From assembly GCA_963662615.2 (NCBI GenBank), contig CAXXSR010000001.1:1568001-1632000 (forward strand): a DNA stretch of 64,000 bases, written 5' to 3'. Positions 1 through 10,916 of this stretch are shown here, one piece after another. The notes beneath the pieces were generated by a model. It was not told the DNA's origin, made no database searches, and worked only from the letters and a program-made list of their open reading frames with translations. A program made the position numbers and the translations under genes. The DNA comes from Dehalococcoidia bacterium. GTDB taxonomy: Bacteria > Chloroflexota > Dehalococcoidia > Bin125. Position 1 is the stretch's first letter; every line of letters begins with the position of its first letter.

Positions 1-1022
1 AGCGCAATGTAGAAGCCCCCGCTGAGTTCAGGCGGCAAGAGCGGGGAATCGACCCAGACCAGTCCGTCGGCGCTCGTATGCAAACCGAGTTCAAGCGCCG
101 GCTCCTGGACGTTTTCGAACGGGGGGACCTCCTCCTCGCAGTACGGCCAGCCGTAGTGCGTGGCGCTGGTGATGCGGTTGAGTTCGTCCGGCGTTGCGCA
201 GGGCGGGTCGGAGCCGTTGTCGGTGGCCCAGAGCGAGCCGTCGGGCGTAAAGACCAGGTCATAGGAATTGCGCAAGCCGGAGGCGTAGACCTCCAACTGG
301 AGTGAGTCGAGATTGAGCGCGAGGATCGACGCGGATACGCCGTTGTCTTCGACGCACTCATTGCAGGTGGATCCCAGGGTGAGATAGAGGCGTCCGTCGG
401 GCCCCAGCGCGATGCCGTTGTTCTGGTGGCGGCCGCTGGGCAGGGCGCGGATGAGCGGTGTGACGATGTCAGCCGTGCCGTCGCCGTCGAGATCCTCGGC
501 GAGGGAGATGCGCCCGCGATCGCTCACATAGACGCGCGCGTCGTCAAGGATGGCGAAGCCGAGCAGCTCCGTGAGCCCGTCCGCGAAGAGGACGCGTTCA
601 TCGGCCGCGCCGTTGCCGTCGAGGTCGCGAAAGCTCCACAGCTTGCCCCCCCGTTCGGCGACGAAGAGGCGGCCGTCCGGACTGAAGGCGAGCGCCGTTG
701 GCTGGCTCAGCTCTTCCTGCCATCGAAACGCGGCGAAGCCGGGCGGCAGCTCGATCTCGTTCGCTATCGGCGGCGGCTCGGCGGGGACAGCGACAGCGTC
801 CTCCGGAGCGTCCGCTGCGGGCAACGAGGACTCCGCTTCCGTTTCCGCCTGCGGATCGGTGTCGAGAGCGCCGGGCACGTCGTTTTCGGCGGGGACGGGC
901 TCCGCGACGGCCGGAGCTTCGACGGTGGCGTCCTCAGGCTCGGATTCGGAGGAGGTCATGCAGCCGGCGAGCGCGATGCTCAACAGCAGCGCCAAGGGGA
1001 TGGCGATCGCCCGCGTCAGCAT
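1..1022 (-). CDS. PQQ-dependent sugar/sorbosone dehydrogenase-like beta-propeller lipoprotein (runs off window edge)
   Basis: Not in the ORF track; translated by hand from ATG at 1022: MLTRAIAIPLALLLSIALAGC (lipobox), an acidic Pro/Ala linker, then PTALAFSPDGRLFVAE, GRHQNNGIALGPDGRLYLTLGSTCN, ASGLRNSYDL, DELN, HYGWPYC typical of GSDH/sorbosone dehydrogenase propellers. Confidence 0.8.
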   Translation of the reverse strand, partial: MLTRAIAIPLALLLSIALAGCMTSSESEPEDATVEAPAVAEPVPAENDVPGALDTDPQAETEAESSLPAADAPEDAVAVPAEPPPIANEIELPPGFAAFRWQEELSQPTALAFSPDGRLFVAERGGKLWSFRDLDGNGAADERVLFADGLTELLGFAILDDARVYVSDRGRISLAEDLDGDGTADIVTPLIRALPSGRHQNNGIALGPDGRLYLTLGSTCNECVEDNGVSASILALNLDSLQLEVYASGLRNSYDLVFTPDGSLWATDNGSDPPCATPDELNRITSATHYGWPYCEEEVPPFENVQEPALELGLHTSADGLVWVDSPLLPPELSGGFYIA

Positions 1023-1300
1023 CGCCGTCCCTCGCTCCGTTGGCGCCAATGCCGCTGCCGCGTCCGAGCACAACCCGTCAGCCGCCGCGCGCGCGGCCGT
1101 CACAGCCTTCATTGTTCGTAGGGCTCCTCCTCCACGTTCAATGATGACGGGGGTCCCTGCCCGGTGAAAGTGACGGCGCGGTACCTTTTACCGAGAGCCG
1201 GGAGCGGGTATAAACTGGTAGGGGTGGCGGTCGGTCTCCTTTTCCCGCGGGCGGCGCCGGACTGAGACCGACTCTCGTAGAGGACTAGGGCCGGATCGTC

Positions 1301-2266
1301 GTGAGCAAGATCGGGCGCTGGCTATCCGAACACCGGGGAAGCGACGGGATTAAGTCCGCGCTGACGGACTGCGGCCAGTGGCTGCGCCGGCATGCCTGGT
1401 TCGCAGGGACGGCCGGGACGGCGGCCCTCGCCTTCATCATCACATTCTTCGCCGTCGCTGCCGCCACCGGCGACGACGACGCGCCGGCACCTGCCGCGGG
1501 GGCCGTCACTCGTTCCTCACCCATCCCGCCCGGGCTCAGCGCGAGCGATGACGCGGCGCTGCCGCCCGAGCAACCCCGCACGACCGATACCCCGACCTCC
1601 ACGGACGAAGCCCGCAGTGCCGACCTCACGGTCGAGCCAGGTGACCCCGACGGCCAGACCCAGGCGCCGCGGCCACCGCGCCCGCTCCCCGAATTCGACG
1701 AGGACGCGCTCATCCACGGGGGATCGGGCGACGAGGGCGCCATATTGGGTGGACCTGGGATCGTGGCGAGCAGCGCTGCAGACTCCCGCACCGACTGGGA
1801 GCTGATCATCCCCTCCGCGCAGCTGCGAGCCGACATTGTCAAGGTAGGGCTGACGCGGGGCGGGGCCATGGGGGCGCCGGATAATCCGCACGTGATCGGC
1901 TGGTGGAGCGACGGGCCGGCGCCGGGCAAGCCCGGCAACGTTCTGCTGGACGGCCATCGCGATTTCAATGACAAGGAAAGGAACGTAGGAACCGGGGTGT
2001 GCTGGGAGCTGCCCAATACGCAGTTGGGCGACTTCATCCTCGTGCGGGACAACGCCACTCGGGTGAACCACCTCTACCTGGTGATCGAGACCACGTCCGT
2101 GGGCTGGGAGTCGGCCGACGGTGTGGAGTACCTCCAACCCAGCCGGTACCCCCTCCTTACGCTGATCACCTGCGAAGGCTCCTTTGATCGCGACGAGCTC
2201 AACTACTCCAACCGCCGTATTGTTGTGGCGCAGATGACCGATACGATCCCCTTCCCGTCTTCCTGA
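1301..2266 (+). CDS. Class F sortase
   Basis: N-terminal TM helix and linker, then LIIPS...VGL...P.NP..IGWW..GPAPG..GNVLLDGHRD and LTLITCEG...SNRRIVVA (His/Cys/Arg triad). Confidence 0.9.
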   Translation: MSKIGRWLSEHRGSDGIKSALTDCGQWLRRHAWFAGTAGTAALAFIITFFAVAAATGDDDAPAPAAGAVTRSSPIPPGLSASDDAALPPEQPRTTDTPTSTDEARSADLTVEPGDPDGQTQAPRPPRPLPEFDEDALIHGGSGDEGAILGGPGIVASSAADSRTDWELIIPSAQLRADIVKVGLTRGGAMGAPDNPHVIGWWSDGPAPGKPGNVLLDGHRDFNDKERNVGTGVCWELPNTQLGDFILVRDNATRVNHLYLVIETTSVGWESADGVEYLQPSRYPLLTLITCEGSFDRDELNYSNRRIVVAQMTDTIPFPSS

Positions 2267-2513
2267 GCCGCCGAGCTGCGCGCCGCCGGAGGACTAGCGC
2301 CAGCCGGCGCAGCTTTCATTGCGCGGGCCCGAGCCAGGCCGTCGATCGGGCGCGGGACGTACCGAGAAGCTGGGCGGGCCGTAGCGCCTGGCTAGCGTCG
2401 CCATCATGATGGCTTCACGTGCAGCGGGCCCAGGCGAATGGCGGCTTCGGGTGCGTCTTAAATTGGTCTCGCTCGTGGGCCGCCGAATCCAGCACGCAGG
2501 GATTGGACCAACC

Positions 2514-4755
2514 ATGCGGCGACTTCGGCGGCGGCGCTTCGGTTTCGTTGCGACGACCATCACTACTTTGTACGCCTCCTTGTGGGCGACGGCGCTCGCG
2601 CTGGCTATCGGCCTGATAATCGCGCTGACGATCGCCGGACCGGCGTCCGCGCCCGTGGCCGGAAGCGCCGGCGCTGCGGACGGCAGCCGCGCACTCCCAG
2701 CGAGCCAGGTCAGCGCCGCGCCGTGGGCTCCCGCCCTGGCTGCATCGCACCGAGTGCTGACAGCGGGGTCGATTGGTGACCCCACCTGGCTCCCTGCGAT
2801 CATCTTCAACGACGGGCCCGAGAACGCGTCCTTCGCCGTCCTGATTACCGGTGGCTCCTTCGACGCCGTCTATCTGACCACCGAGGGCGTCCTCACAGCC
2901 GATGCGGATCTGTCAGAAGGAGTGAGGCTCCTCTCCGAGGATCTGATCCGGCTCTACGACGACGGCACGCACGGGGACGCCGCCGCCGGCGACGGTGTCC
3001 ACAGCCGCGCCGGTATCACCGCCCCCGGCGCCCTCAGCCACGACGGCGGCACGCACCAGCGGCTCGCGAACAAGCTCCTCTTCTTTGCGGAGCATACGAA
3101 CGGAACGGTGTAGTCTTCGATGGTGTCGCTGGAGACGGGGCTGTCGATCGTTGATGTCTCGCAGCGGGGAACGGTGGCGGTGACAACGCTGGCGCCGAAC
3201 CTGACGGCAACCTCGCACGCGCTGTTCCTAGTCGATGACGGCACGGTGTTCCCAAATTACCCGCAGGTGGATGCGGGGAGCGCCCTGGCTCTGTGCCGGG
3301 GCTGCGAGATCCTCATCACCGAGTTCGGCGATGTGTTCGACTTCATCGTCCTGCAAGTGCGTGAAGTGGTGGACGAACCGTTACGAGGGGTTCGCCAGGC
3401 CGTCTTCTCCAACATCTTCAACGATGTGCTCGGGATCGGGATCGAGCAGCGCGACCTCAACGTCGGGCCCGACACGTTCGTGGACGGGACGCCGTTCAAC
3501 ACCTACTCGCAGGGGCGGCTGCAGGGCATCATTTTCGACAACCGCGTCGACGGGGCGCCGCTGAGCCACGAGGTCATGCATCGCTGGTCGGCACACGCGG
3601 CCGCTGCGTTGGGCTGGCTGGACGGCGAAGGGCACTTCGTAGCCAACTCCGATATCAACGGCATGATGGACCTGCAGCTGCAAGAGAGCGGCGGCTCCTT
3701 GGTCAAGCGAGAAGATGCGCCCTTCCTTCCGGTCGATCTCGTCGCCAACGGAGACGGAACGTACCGTCTGGAAGCGCGGCCGGGCGAGTTCCTGGGAACG
3801 TTCGCTCCCATCTCGCTCTATGTGGCCGGATTCATCCCGGCGTCCCAAGTGCCGCGCATGCGGATCCTGGGCGGCACCATTGACCTATCGAATCCGGATC
3901 GCGTCACCGCCACGAGTGTGACCGAGATCACAGTCGAGGACGTCATCGGTCTGGAGGGGCCGCGGGTGCCTGCCAGCGCGACGGCGCCGTGCGACTTCAC
4001 GGTCGGCACAATCGTCATCAGCGATCGCCCCTATGCGGAGGCGGACTACACATTCATCACCCTGGCGCTCCGCTACTGGGAATCCGACAAGCCCTACGAC
4101 GGCTTCGGCGCACCGCCCTGGAAGACGGCCACGCTGGGGCAGAGCGAGGTCCGCGTAGCGCTGCCGGCTTCGATGGTCCCGGACGCGGGCGGGCGAACCG
4201 GAACCGATGCTGCCCGGCGCCGCAGAGAGCCGGAGCGTGCGCTTGCGGTCGGGCTGGAACTTCGTCGCGTGGTCAGGGGAGAGCACGCCGGTGGAGGACG
4301 CGATCGGGGCGATCACGCCCACAGGCGCGGCGCGACTCACCTTCTTCACATGGGATGCCGGGCAGGGGCGCTTTCGACGCTTTGACCCGGATGCGCCCGC
4401 GTTCCTCAACGAGATCACCGATTTGACCCCGGGCGAAGCCATCTGGGTCAACGTGGTTGGAGGCGGGACCGCGATCTGGGAGCAGCCGCTCGTGCGTGCC
4501 GATCGCGTCGTTCCCCTGATAGCCGGCTTCAACATGGTGTCCTGGATGGGGCCCGACAACACGCCTGTGCAGACAGTGACGGACATCCAGACCGCCACTG
4601 TGCGCCTGTTCGCCTGAGACGCCGTGGCCCAGCGCTTCCTCCAGTTCGACCCGAGCCTCCCGCCCTTCTTGAACGATCTGGCGGAGCTGGACTTCGGCAT
4701 GGCGATCTGGATTGAAGTGTTCAACGCGGCGGTGTGGGATCAGCCGTCGCCGTAG
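2514..4755 (+). pseudogene. Disrupted secreted zinc-metallopeptidase-like protein (DDGTHGD motif, HEVMH motif, C-terminal tandem GWN module)
   Basis: ORFs 2406-3113, 3120-4385 and 4207-4617 join via an in-frame TAG at 3111-3113, a +1 shift near 4191 and an in-frame TGA at 4615-4617 where the paralogs have the Trp of ...WD...; reading continues DAVAQRFLQFDPSLPPFLND...WDQPSP to TAG at 4755. Confidence 0.8.
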
Positions 4756-4958
4756 CCGGCAACCAGCGCGATCCCCGCACAGGAGGCGATCTTGGCTCAA
4801 TCGCGCCTGGGTGAGGCGCGCCTTGCGCGTCTGGTCCGCGCCTTGCTCCGTCGTGGATCAGGTGCTGACGGATCGGGTACCCTCGGCGATGCGCGCCTGA
4901 GGGCGGCGAGGTTGGGCGGGGCTGGCGTTCGCGCGCGAGAACCCCGGGGGAAGGCACA

Positions 4959-7547
4959 ATGCGACGACGGATACACCTGGCGGCGCGAGGCACTGCCGCC
5001 GCGGCGGCCCTGGGTCTGATCGTCGCCATCGCCGCGCTGGCATTGCCCCCGCCTCCGGCTCAGGCGCAAGAGCGCGAGCTCCAATACGAGGATGCGTCCT
5101 TGCTGATCTTCGGCGAGTCCTCGCGGCACCTGCTGGGGCCCTCCGCCGTGGGGGATGTGAACGGCGACGGCGTTCCGGACCTGGTTATTGGGGCGCGGGG
5201 GATTCGCTGGGTCGGTTCCTCTGACATGGGCGGCGTCAGCGTTGTCCGCGGTCCGATTCAAGCGGGCCGGTTTGAGGAGCCGGAATTGGACCGCTTCCGC
5301 TATCAACGGCCTGGAACCGTGGGCTTCGGCGGGTTTGTGACGACGGCGGACATCGATGGCGACGGGTTCGACGACGTCATCACAACGGCCGCACTCCCGA
5401 ACAACATCTACGTAAGGTTCGGCGCGGAGGGCCTCTTTGAGGGAGAGGGCCGTACCGGGACGATCGAGGCGCTTCCCAGGACACTGGTGAGGCACCTAGC
5501 CGTGGGCGATCTGAACGGGGACGGGGCCGTCGACATCGCGGCCGGCTCCCCGATCATCTCGGACGAGGTGATCATCTACTTTGGGCCCTTCGCGGCTGGG
5601 GACGACGAAACGCTGCGTCCGGCCAAGGTCGCCCGGATCCGTGAACCAACCGACGCGCAGTTTTTCGGCTGGACGATCGCCGTGGGCGACGTGACGGAGG
5701 ACGGTCAGGCCGATCTCGCGATCAATTATGTCGATGACGCCGGCTTCGACTCCGTGGCGATCGTGGAGGGGCCCTTCGCAGCGCGCACCGCGACGTTCGG
5801 GGATGGCAGCCTGGAGCCGATCGTGATCTTTCGGGGTACGCGCTTCGTGGACGTTGAGTCGCTGGCGATCGGCGATGTGGACCTGGACAGCAGAAACGAT
5901 CTGGTCATTGGGCTGGGTACGAGCCAGCGGGTCGCCGTGGTGCCAGGCGGCGTGATCGGGCCGGCGCGATTCCCCCTGCTCTTCCTTTACACCAACGAGA
6001 CCATCACAGGATTCCGGTCCTTTCTCGCGCCCGTGTTGGTCTCCGTGGGTGACTACGACGGCGACCAGCTTGCCGATCTCCTGGTGGGCTCGCCGGGGGA
6101 TTCGGACGAACTGCGGCAGGACGCGTTCCGCGCGGGGTCGCTGTTGGGATTCGCGGGCGTCGACCGGCAGGCCGTCATCCATGGCGTGAGGCCGACCCAG
6201 GCGGCCGCCGGCAGCGAAGTGGAGATCCGCGGGCAAGGACTGGTGGACGCCACGATCCTCTTCCGTGGGCAGAACGGGATGGAGCTGGAGGCCGAGCCAT
6301 CTGGAGACGCGGCGGAGGCCGGGGCGCCGTCCGCATTGAATTCGATCGGGGCGGTGCGCGTGGTGGTGCCGGAATCGCTGCCGCTGGGCATGGTCGACGT
6401 CGTGGTCCGGACGGATCTCGGGGAAGCCACGTTGGAGGACGCCCTCACGGTGCGGCCCAGCACGAACACGCTGACCATCGCTGCCGGCTGGAACCTGGTG
6501 GGCTGGACCGACACGAGTTCCGTTGAAGAGGCCACCGCGTCGTTGAGTGGATCCTTCACCCAACTCTACAAGTGGGACGCGGGGCGGCAGACGTTCATCC
6601 GCTATCGCCCCGAGAGCCCGGCGTTCCTCAGTACCGTGGCCGGACTTGCCGCGGGCGACGGCATCTGGCTCCACACTCCCGATTCAGGAACCTGGAAACA
6701 ACCAGCGTTGGTGGCGGAGCGATCCGTTGAACTGCTGCCGGGATTCAACCTAGTGATGTGGACCGGCCCGGACGGCACGTCCGTTGCCGAGGCGATTGAC
6801 GGGCTTGGCGATAACTTGGTGGCGCTGTTCACGTGGGACGGCGCGCGGCAAGAGTTCCTTCGCTTCGCGCCCGGCGGGCCGCCTTCACTCAATACGGCGA
6901 CGACGCTCAACTTCGGCGATGGCGTCTGGATCAGGACGAAGCGCTCGACCGTCTGGGAACAGCCAGCGAATCTGCCGCCGGGTCCGCCCGCTGCCACGAA
7001 CGTCCAGGGGGCGCAGGCGGCGGTGGTCGTGATTGACGAGGTCGGGTCGGGGTTCATCGTGAATCGCAGTCAGGTGATCACGGCCGGGCATGTGGTCGGC
7101 GGTAGGTCGTCAGTCACCGTGCGCTTCATCGACGGCGAAGAGCGGCAGGGCTTCGTGTCCGCGGTGGATGGGGAGCTGGATATCGCGGTGATCGAGCTGG
7201 CCTCGCTGCCCGATGGCGTGCGACGCCTGAAGTTGCTGTCGGAGGAGAGTCCTGCGCCGGCCACGGCCGTCTGGGCATGGGCCTGGCGGACGGCAGAGAC
7301 GTCCGCGAGCGTGACGGTCGGCATTGTCTCGGCGATTCAGACGGACCAGAACGGCCTCTCGCTGATTGAGACCGACGCCGCGCTGAATCCGGGGCACAGC
7401 GGCGGCCCCCTCATCTTGGAGGACGGGCGGGTGGCCGGCATCAATGACTTCATTGACGTGAGTTTCGGCGAGGACCTGGAGGGTCAGAACTTCGCCATCG
7501 ACGTCGCGGCGAACGGCGACAGGATTCGGGAGTTGCTGGCGCAATAG
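4959..7547 (+). CDS. Secreted FG-GAP repeat / IPT-TIG / tandem GWN-module / trypsin-like (S1C) serine protease
   Basis: Signal peptide ending AQA; repeated GDVNGDGVPDL-type FG-GAP motifs; protease triad TAGHVV, ELDIAV, GHSGGP. Confidence 0.88.
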   Translation: MRRRIHLAARGTAAAAALGLIVAIAALALPPPPAQAQERELQYEDASLLIFGESSRHLLGPSAVGDVNGDGVPDLVIGARGIRWVGSSDMGGVSVVRGPIQAGRFEEPELDRFRYQRPGTVGFGGFVTTADIDGDGFDDVITTAALPNNIYVRFGAEGLFEGEGRTGTIEALPRTLVRHLAVGDLNGDGAVDIAAGSPIISDEVIIYFGPFAAGDDETLRPAKVARIREPTDAQFFGWTIAVGDVTEDGQADLAINYVDDAGFDSVAIVEGPFAARTATFGDGSLEPIVIFRGTRFVDVESLAIGDVDLDSRNDLVIGLGTSQRVAVVPGGVIGPARFPLLFLYTNETITGFRSFLAPVLVSVGDYDGDQLADLLVGSPGDSDELRQDAFRAGSLLGFAGVDRQAVIHGVRPTQAAAGSEVEIRGQGLVDATILFRGQNGMELEAEPSGDAAEAGAPSALNSIGAVRVVVPESLPLGMVDVVVRTDLGEATLEDALTVRPSTNTLTIAAGWNLVGWTDTSSVEEATASLSGSFTQLYKWDAGRQTFIRYRPESPAFLSTVAGLAAGDGIWLHTPDSGTWKQPALVAERSVELLPGFNLVMWTGPDGTSVAEAIDGLGDNLVALFTWDGARQEFLRFAPGGPPSLNTATTLNFGDGVWIRTKRSTVWEQPANLPPGPPAATNVQGAQAAVVVIDEVGSGFIVNRSQVITAGHVVGGRSSVTVRFIDGEERQGFVSAVDGELDIAVIELASLPDGVRRLKLLSEESPAPATAVWAWAWRTAETSASVTVGIVSAIQTDQNGLSLIETDAALNPGHSGGPLILEDGRVAGINDFIDVSFGEDLEGQNFAIDVAANGDRIRELLAQ

Positions 7548-8776
7548 AAGACGACGCGGCCGACGCCCGCAGCTGCACCGACAGTCTCCGGCATTTAGGC
7601 GGCGGGGTAACGCATCAGATCCAAGGGGACGCAATCGTCCCGCCGCATCCTTTTGCATCTGTTATTTGACATCCAAGTTATTCTTGCCCCCTCTGCGCGG
7701 GGGCTGCGGTTTCGACGTATGCGCCGAGCGCTGCGGTCCCCGCGTCGCGGTGAGGGGTCGTGAGCACCGCGCATCAATTCGCGCGACCGGCCCGCACTGA
7801 AATGGGTCATTCAACCCACGGCGGATGGTGCATTCGCACCTCCGAGTCCGCGGTCGAAGTCGCGACGGTGAGGCGAACGTCCCTCTGCTCGTGTGCCAGT
7901 GGGAGCACCGGGGGCTGAAGTTTCGCCACGACTGTCAGGGGAGGATCCAGATGACCGCATCAATTTTCGCAAGCAAGCGGCGGACGGCGTCGCTCATCGC
8001 GCTGGCGCTTATCGCGCTTGTGGGAGCGATCGCCCTGTCGGGGCGGTCCACATCGGCGCAGGCGCCCATTCAAGACTACGCGGATGCGTCGTTGCAGATC
8101 TACGGCGACAGCGCGGGCGACGGTCTAGGGGGCGTGGCGGTGGGCGACTTCAATGCTGACGGCACGCCCGACCTGCTCCTGGGCGCTCAGTTCGTCGACG
8201 AGCAACAGAATGAAGACAGCGGGCAGGTGTATTTGCTCTCCGGCCCGATTGGGCCGGGCGCAGCTCCGGTTGGTAATGTCGCCACGAAGAGCATTGTGGG
8301 TGACGCCTTCCGGCGCGCCGGGTTCGATGTCGCCGCTGGGGATATCGACGGCGACAGCATCCAGGACGCGCTCTGGCTAGAGGGCTCAGTTGGGGGCCGG
8401 CGTACGCCCATTAACTACGTTCCCGGCAGGGTGGACTTCTTCGATGCGGCAACCGATCTGGCACGGGAAGCTCGACAGGTTCACACGCGGTTGGGCACGA
8501 TTCCGAATGATATCGCCGTCGCGGATCTCGACGGTGACGGAGCCAACGACATCGTCTACGGATCCCCGGACCTCCGGCTCTTCGACGTCGAGCTCGGCTC
8601 GGATGAGGTCGTCATCTACTTTGGCCCCTTCGAGGCCCCGCGCGGGGGCATCGCCCCGGTAGACCGTAGCGCGGTGATCCGCGGGCCCGCGAATTCGTTG
8701 TTCGGTTGGTCGCTGGCGGCCGGCGATCTCACCGGCGACGGGCAGGCGGACCTGGCGATTAATTCGTAACTATCCC

Positions 8777-8805
8777 TTGACAGCACGTAGATAATCTGGC
8801 ATGCT
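8777..8805 (+). promoter_or_regulatory. Sigma70-type promoter for a probably leaderless transposase mRNA, overlapping the left IR
   Basis: TTGACA (8777-8782), 17-nt spacer, TG-n-CATGCT (8800-8805); ATG 6 nt downstream with no SD. Confidence 0.6.
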
Positions 8806-8811
8806 GTCGCC

Positions 8812-9749
8812 ATGGAACGCTACACGATTCACCAGTTCAACGAGGACTTCCCGGACGAACGGGCCTGCCTCGACTTACTGGCGGGCCTCATCTACGAGGA
8901 ATGGCCGGAGGGGCTCCCCTGCCGGGCGTGTGGCGTCGTGCGCAAGCATCACGCGCTAACGAGCCGCCCCAAGGCGTACTCCTGCGACCACTGCGGCACG
9001 CACGTCTACCCGCTGGCCGGGACGATCTTCGAGAAATCCCGTACGCCCCTCAAGTCGTGGTTCTACGCGATGTACCTCATGGCGCAGACGCGATGCGGGA
9101 TCAGCGCCAAACAACTCGAGCGCGAGCTGGGCGTCACCTACAAGACGGCGTGGCGCATGTTCCGCCAGATTCGGGCGCTGTTCGCAGAGGGAGGCATCGG
9201 GCCGCTGCGCGGCACCGTCGAGATCGATGAGACTTTAGTTGGTGGGAAGCCCCGATACCGGCAGCCTCGCAAGGGGCCACGTCTCAAGGACGACCCCAGC
9301 GCCAAGAAACCCGTGTTCGGCATGGTGGAGCGCGGGGGCCGGGTGCGGGCGTTAGTGACTGGGGACGTCAAAACACGAACACTCCTCCCGCTGATCGACG
9401 GCAACATCGATCGGCGGAGCCGCGTCGTGTCCGATGACGCTCGGCAATACCGGCCGCTCTCGCGCCACGGTTATCGGCACCACGACGTGATCAACCACTC
9501 CGCCCGTATTTACGTGGACGGCGACGTGCACACGAACACGATCGAAGGGTTCTGGAGCTTGCTCAAGAACGGCATCCGGGGCGTCCACCACATGGTCGGC
9601 ACGCCCTACCTCCAGAGCTACGTCGATGAGTACGTGTTCCGCTACAACCACCGGGAGACGATACGCGGCCCATGTTCCGGACGCTGGTGGAGCGAGCACG
9701 TGAGACGAGGACAGGGAGGTACGGGGCGTACTCCCCAGTTGGGGGGTAG
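8812..9749 (+). CDS. IS1595-family DDE transposase (as sequenced it reads on into the antitoxin to 10545; the native stop is probably 9749 after a 1-nt shift near 9655)
   Basis: Zn finger CRAC...CDHC, GTIFEKSRTPL, ISAKQLERELGVTYKTAWRM HTH, VEIDET, VSDD, HTNTIEGFW, EYVFRYN. Confidence 0.9.
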
Positions 9750-9855
9750 CAAAGGAGCCGCCCGCGACGTGTGGGGCGTTGCAGGCCACCCATGGCTGGA
9801 CCTAGTGTATCAGCCCTGGTGCCTACGTGCGCCGGGAGAGATGCGGTGTGCAACT

Positions 9856-10545
9856 ATGGTCACTACCCCAATCGATCCTAGCTCTCGTTTGTTTGCGCCC
9901 CGGTACTCGCATGCAGAGGCTGACCGGATTGCCGGTGTCACTCGCGGCACCACGAAGCGCTGGCTCAAGGGATATCTCTACCACGACGCAGGCGGAGCCC
10001 AGCAGTTCAGCGGGCCGGTCACCGAACAGGAGCGCTCCGAGGACGACGTTTCGTTCGCGGACCTGGTCGAGACCGCGGCGATCAACCGCTGGAAAGAACT
10101 CGGACATTCGCTCCACAACATCCGCGAGATCGTCCGTGAGTGCCAGAAGATTTTCGGTGTTCCGCATCCCCTGATCACCATGCGCTTCAAGGGGGACGGC
10201 AAGCATGCGTTTGTGGAGGAGGAAGGGAACTTAGTCGGCCTCCTGGGCGCACAGCGCCAACACGCATGGGAGGAAATGTTTAACTTTCTCGAGACAATCG
10301 AGTATGCGGGGGACCTCGCCGTAAGGTGGTGGCCGCTCGGAAAACGTACGCCGGTACTCGTCGATCCCGACTACGGATTCGGACTACCAGTTATCGCTGG
10401 CCTCGGCCTTCGCACCGAGATCGTCCTAGAGCGAATGAAGGCTGGGGAGACCGAGACAGACATCGCCGCTGACTTCGACGTGTCAGTCGAGTTGATCGCC
10501 GGCGCCATACAGTTCGAGGTGTCTCGAGTCCCTGAGCCGCGATGA
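9856..10545 (+). CDS. VapB45/Rv2018-like antitoxin (MerR-like HTH + DUF433)
   Basis: YS.AEA.RIAGV...T.KRWL N-terminus, SFADLVE, and C-terminal VLVDPDYGFGLPVIAG.GLRTE.VLERM.AGET..DIAADFDV (DUF433). Confidence 0.85.
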   Translation: MVTTPIDPSSRLFAPRYSHAEADRIAGVTRGTTKRWLKGYLYHDAGGAQQFSGPVTEQERSEDDVSFADLVETAAINRWKELGHSLHNIREIVRECQKIFGVPHPLITMRFKGDGKHAFVEEEGNLVGLLGAQRQHAWEEMFNFLETIEYAGDLAVRWWPLGKRTPVLVDPDYGFGLPVIAGLGLRTEIVLERMKAGETETDIAADFDVSVELIAGAIQFEVSRVPEPR

Positions 10546-10916
10546 TCTTGATCGACAAGTCGATCTCGCCAGCCGTGGCGCGAGCGATCTGTCGTATCCG
10601 CGATGATGTTCGATCGGGCGCTGACATCTATCCGATCTTCACAGAGGACACCACCTGGCTCTTGGAAGCTGGTGAGAGTGAGTGGCTTGTGATCCTGCGC
10701 GACAAGAAAGTTACGACGCGCCCTGCGGAACGACAGGTCATCATGGATCACCGTGTCGGAGCGTTCCTCGTCGGACAGAAGAGTAACCCGACGAAGTGGG
10801 ACTATCTCAATATCATCGTGAGCAAGCTGGAGGAGATGGAAGAACTCTTCCGGAACACGCGGCGGCCGTTCGTATTCAAGATCGACGGGCATCTCGCTTT
10901 CAAGCGGATCGTCTAG
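10542..10916 (+). CDS. VapC45/Rv2019-like PIN-domain toxin
   Basis: ATGA overlap with the antitoxin stop; ILIDKSIS, EDTTWLLEAG..EWLVILRDKKV..RPAE motifs of the VapC45 PIN family. Confidence 0.85.
   Translation: MILIDKSISPAVARAICRIRDDVRSGADIYPIFTEDTTWLLEAGESEWLVILRDKKVTTRPAERQVIMDHRVGAFLVGQKSNPTKWDYLNIIVSKLEEMEELFRNTRRPFVFKIDGHLAFKRIV

Noticed and set aside
2480-2510. Second c-di-AMP riboswitch (CGCCGAATCC start)
   Set aside because: The downstream consensus blocks (GGGGAACC, GGGGTGAAT, CCCGTCAGCTAAC) are absent
7698-7950. tmRNA (GGGGGCTGCGGTTTCGAC 5'-like start and a pk1-like pseudoknot)
   Set aside because: No tag reading frame ending in ALAA-like residues and no T-arm/ACCA 3' end
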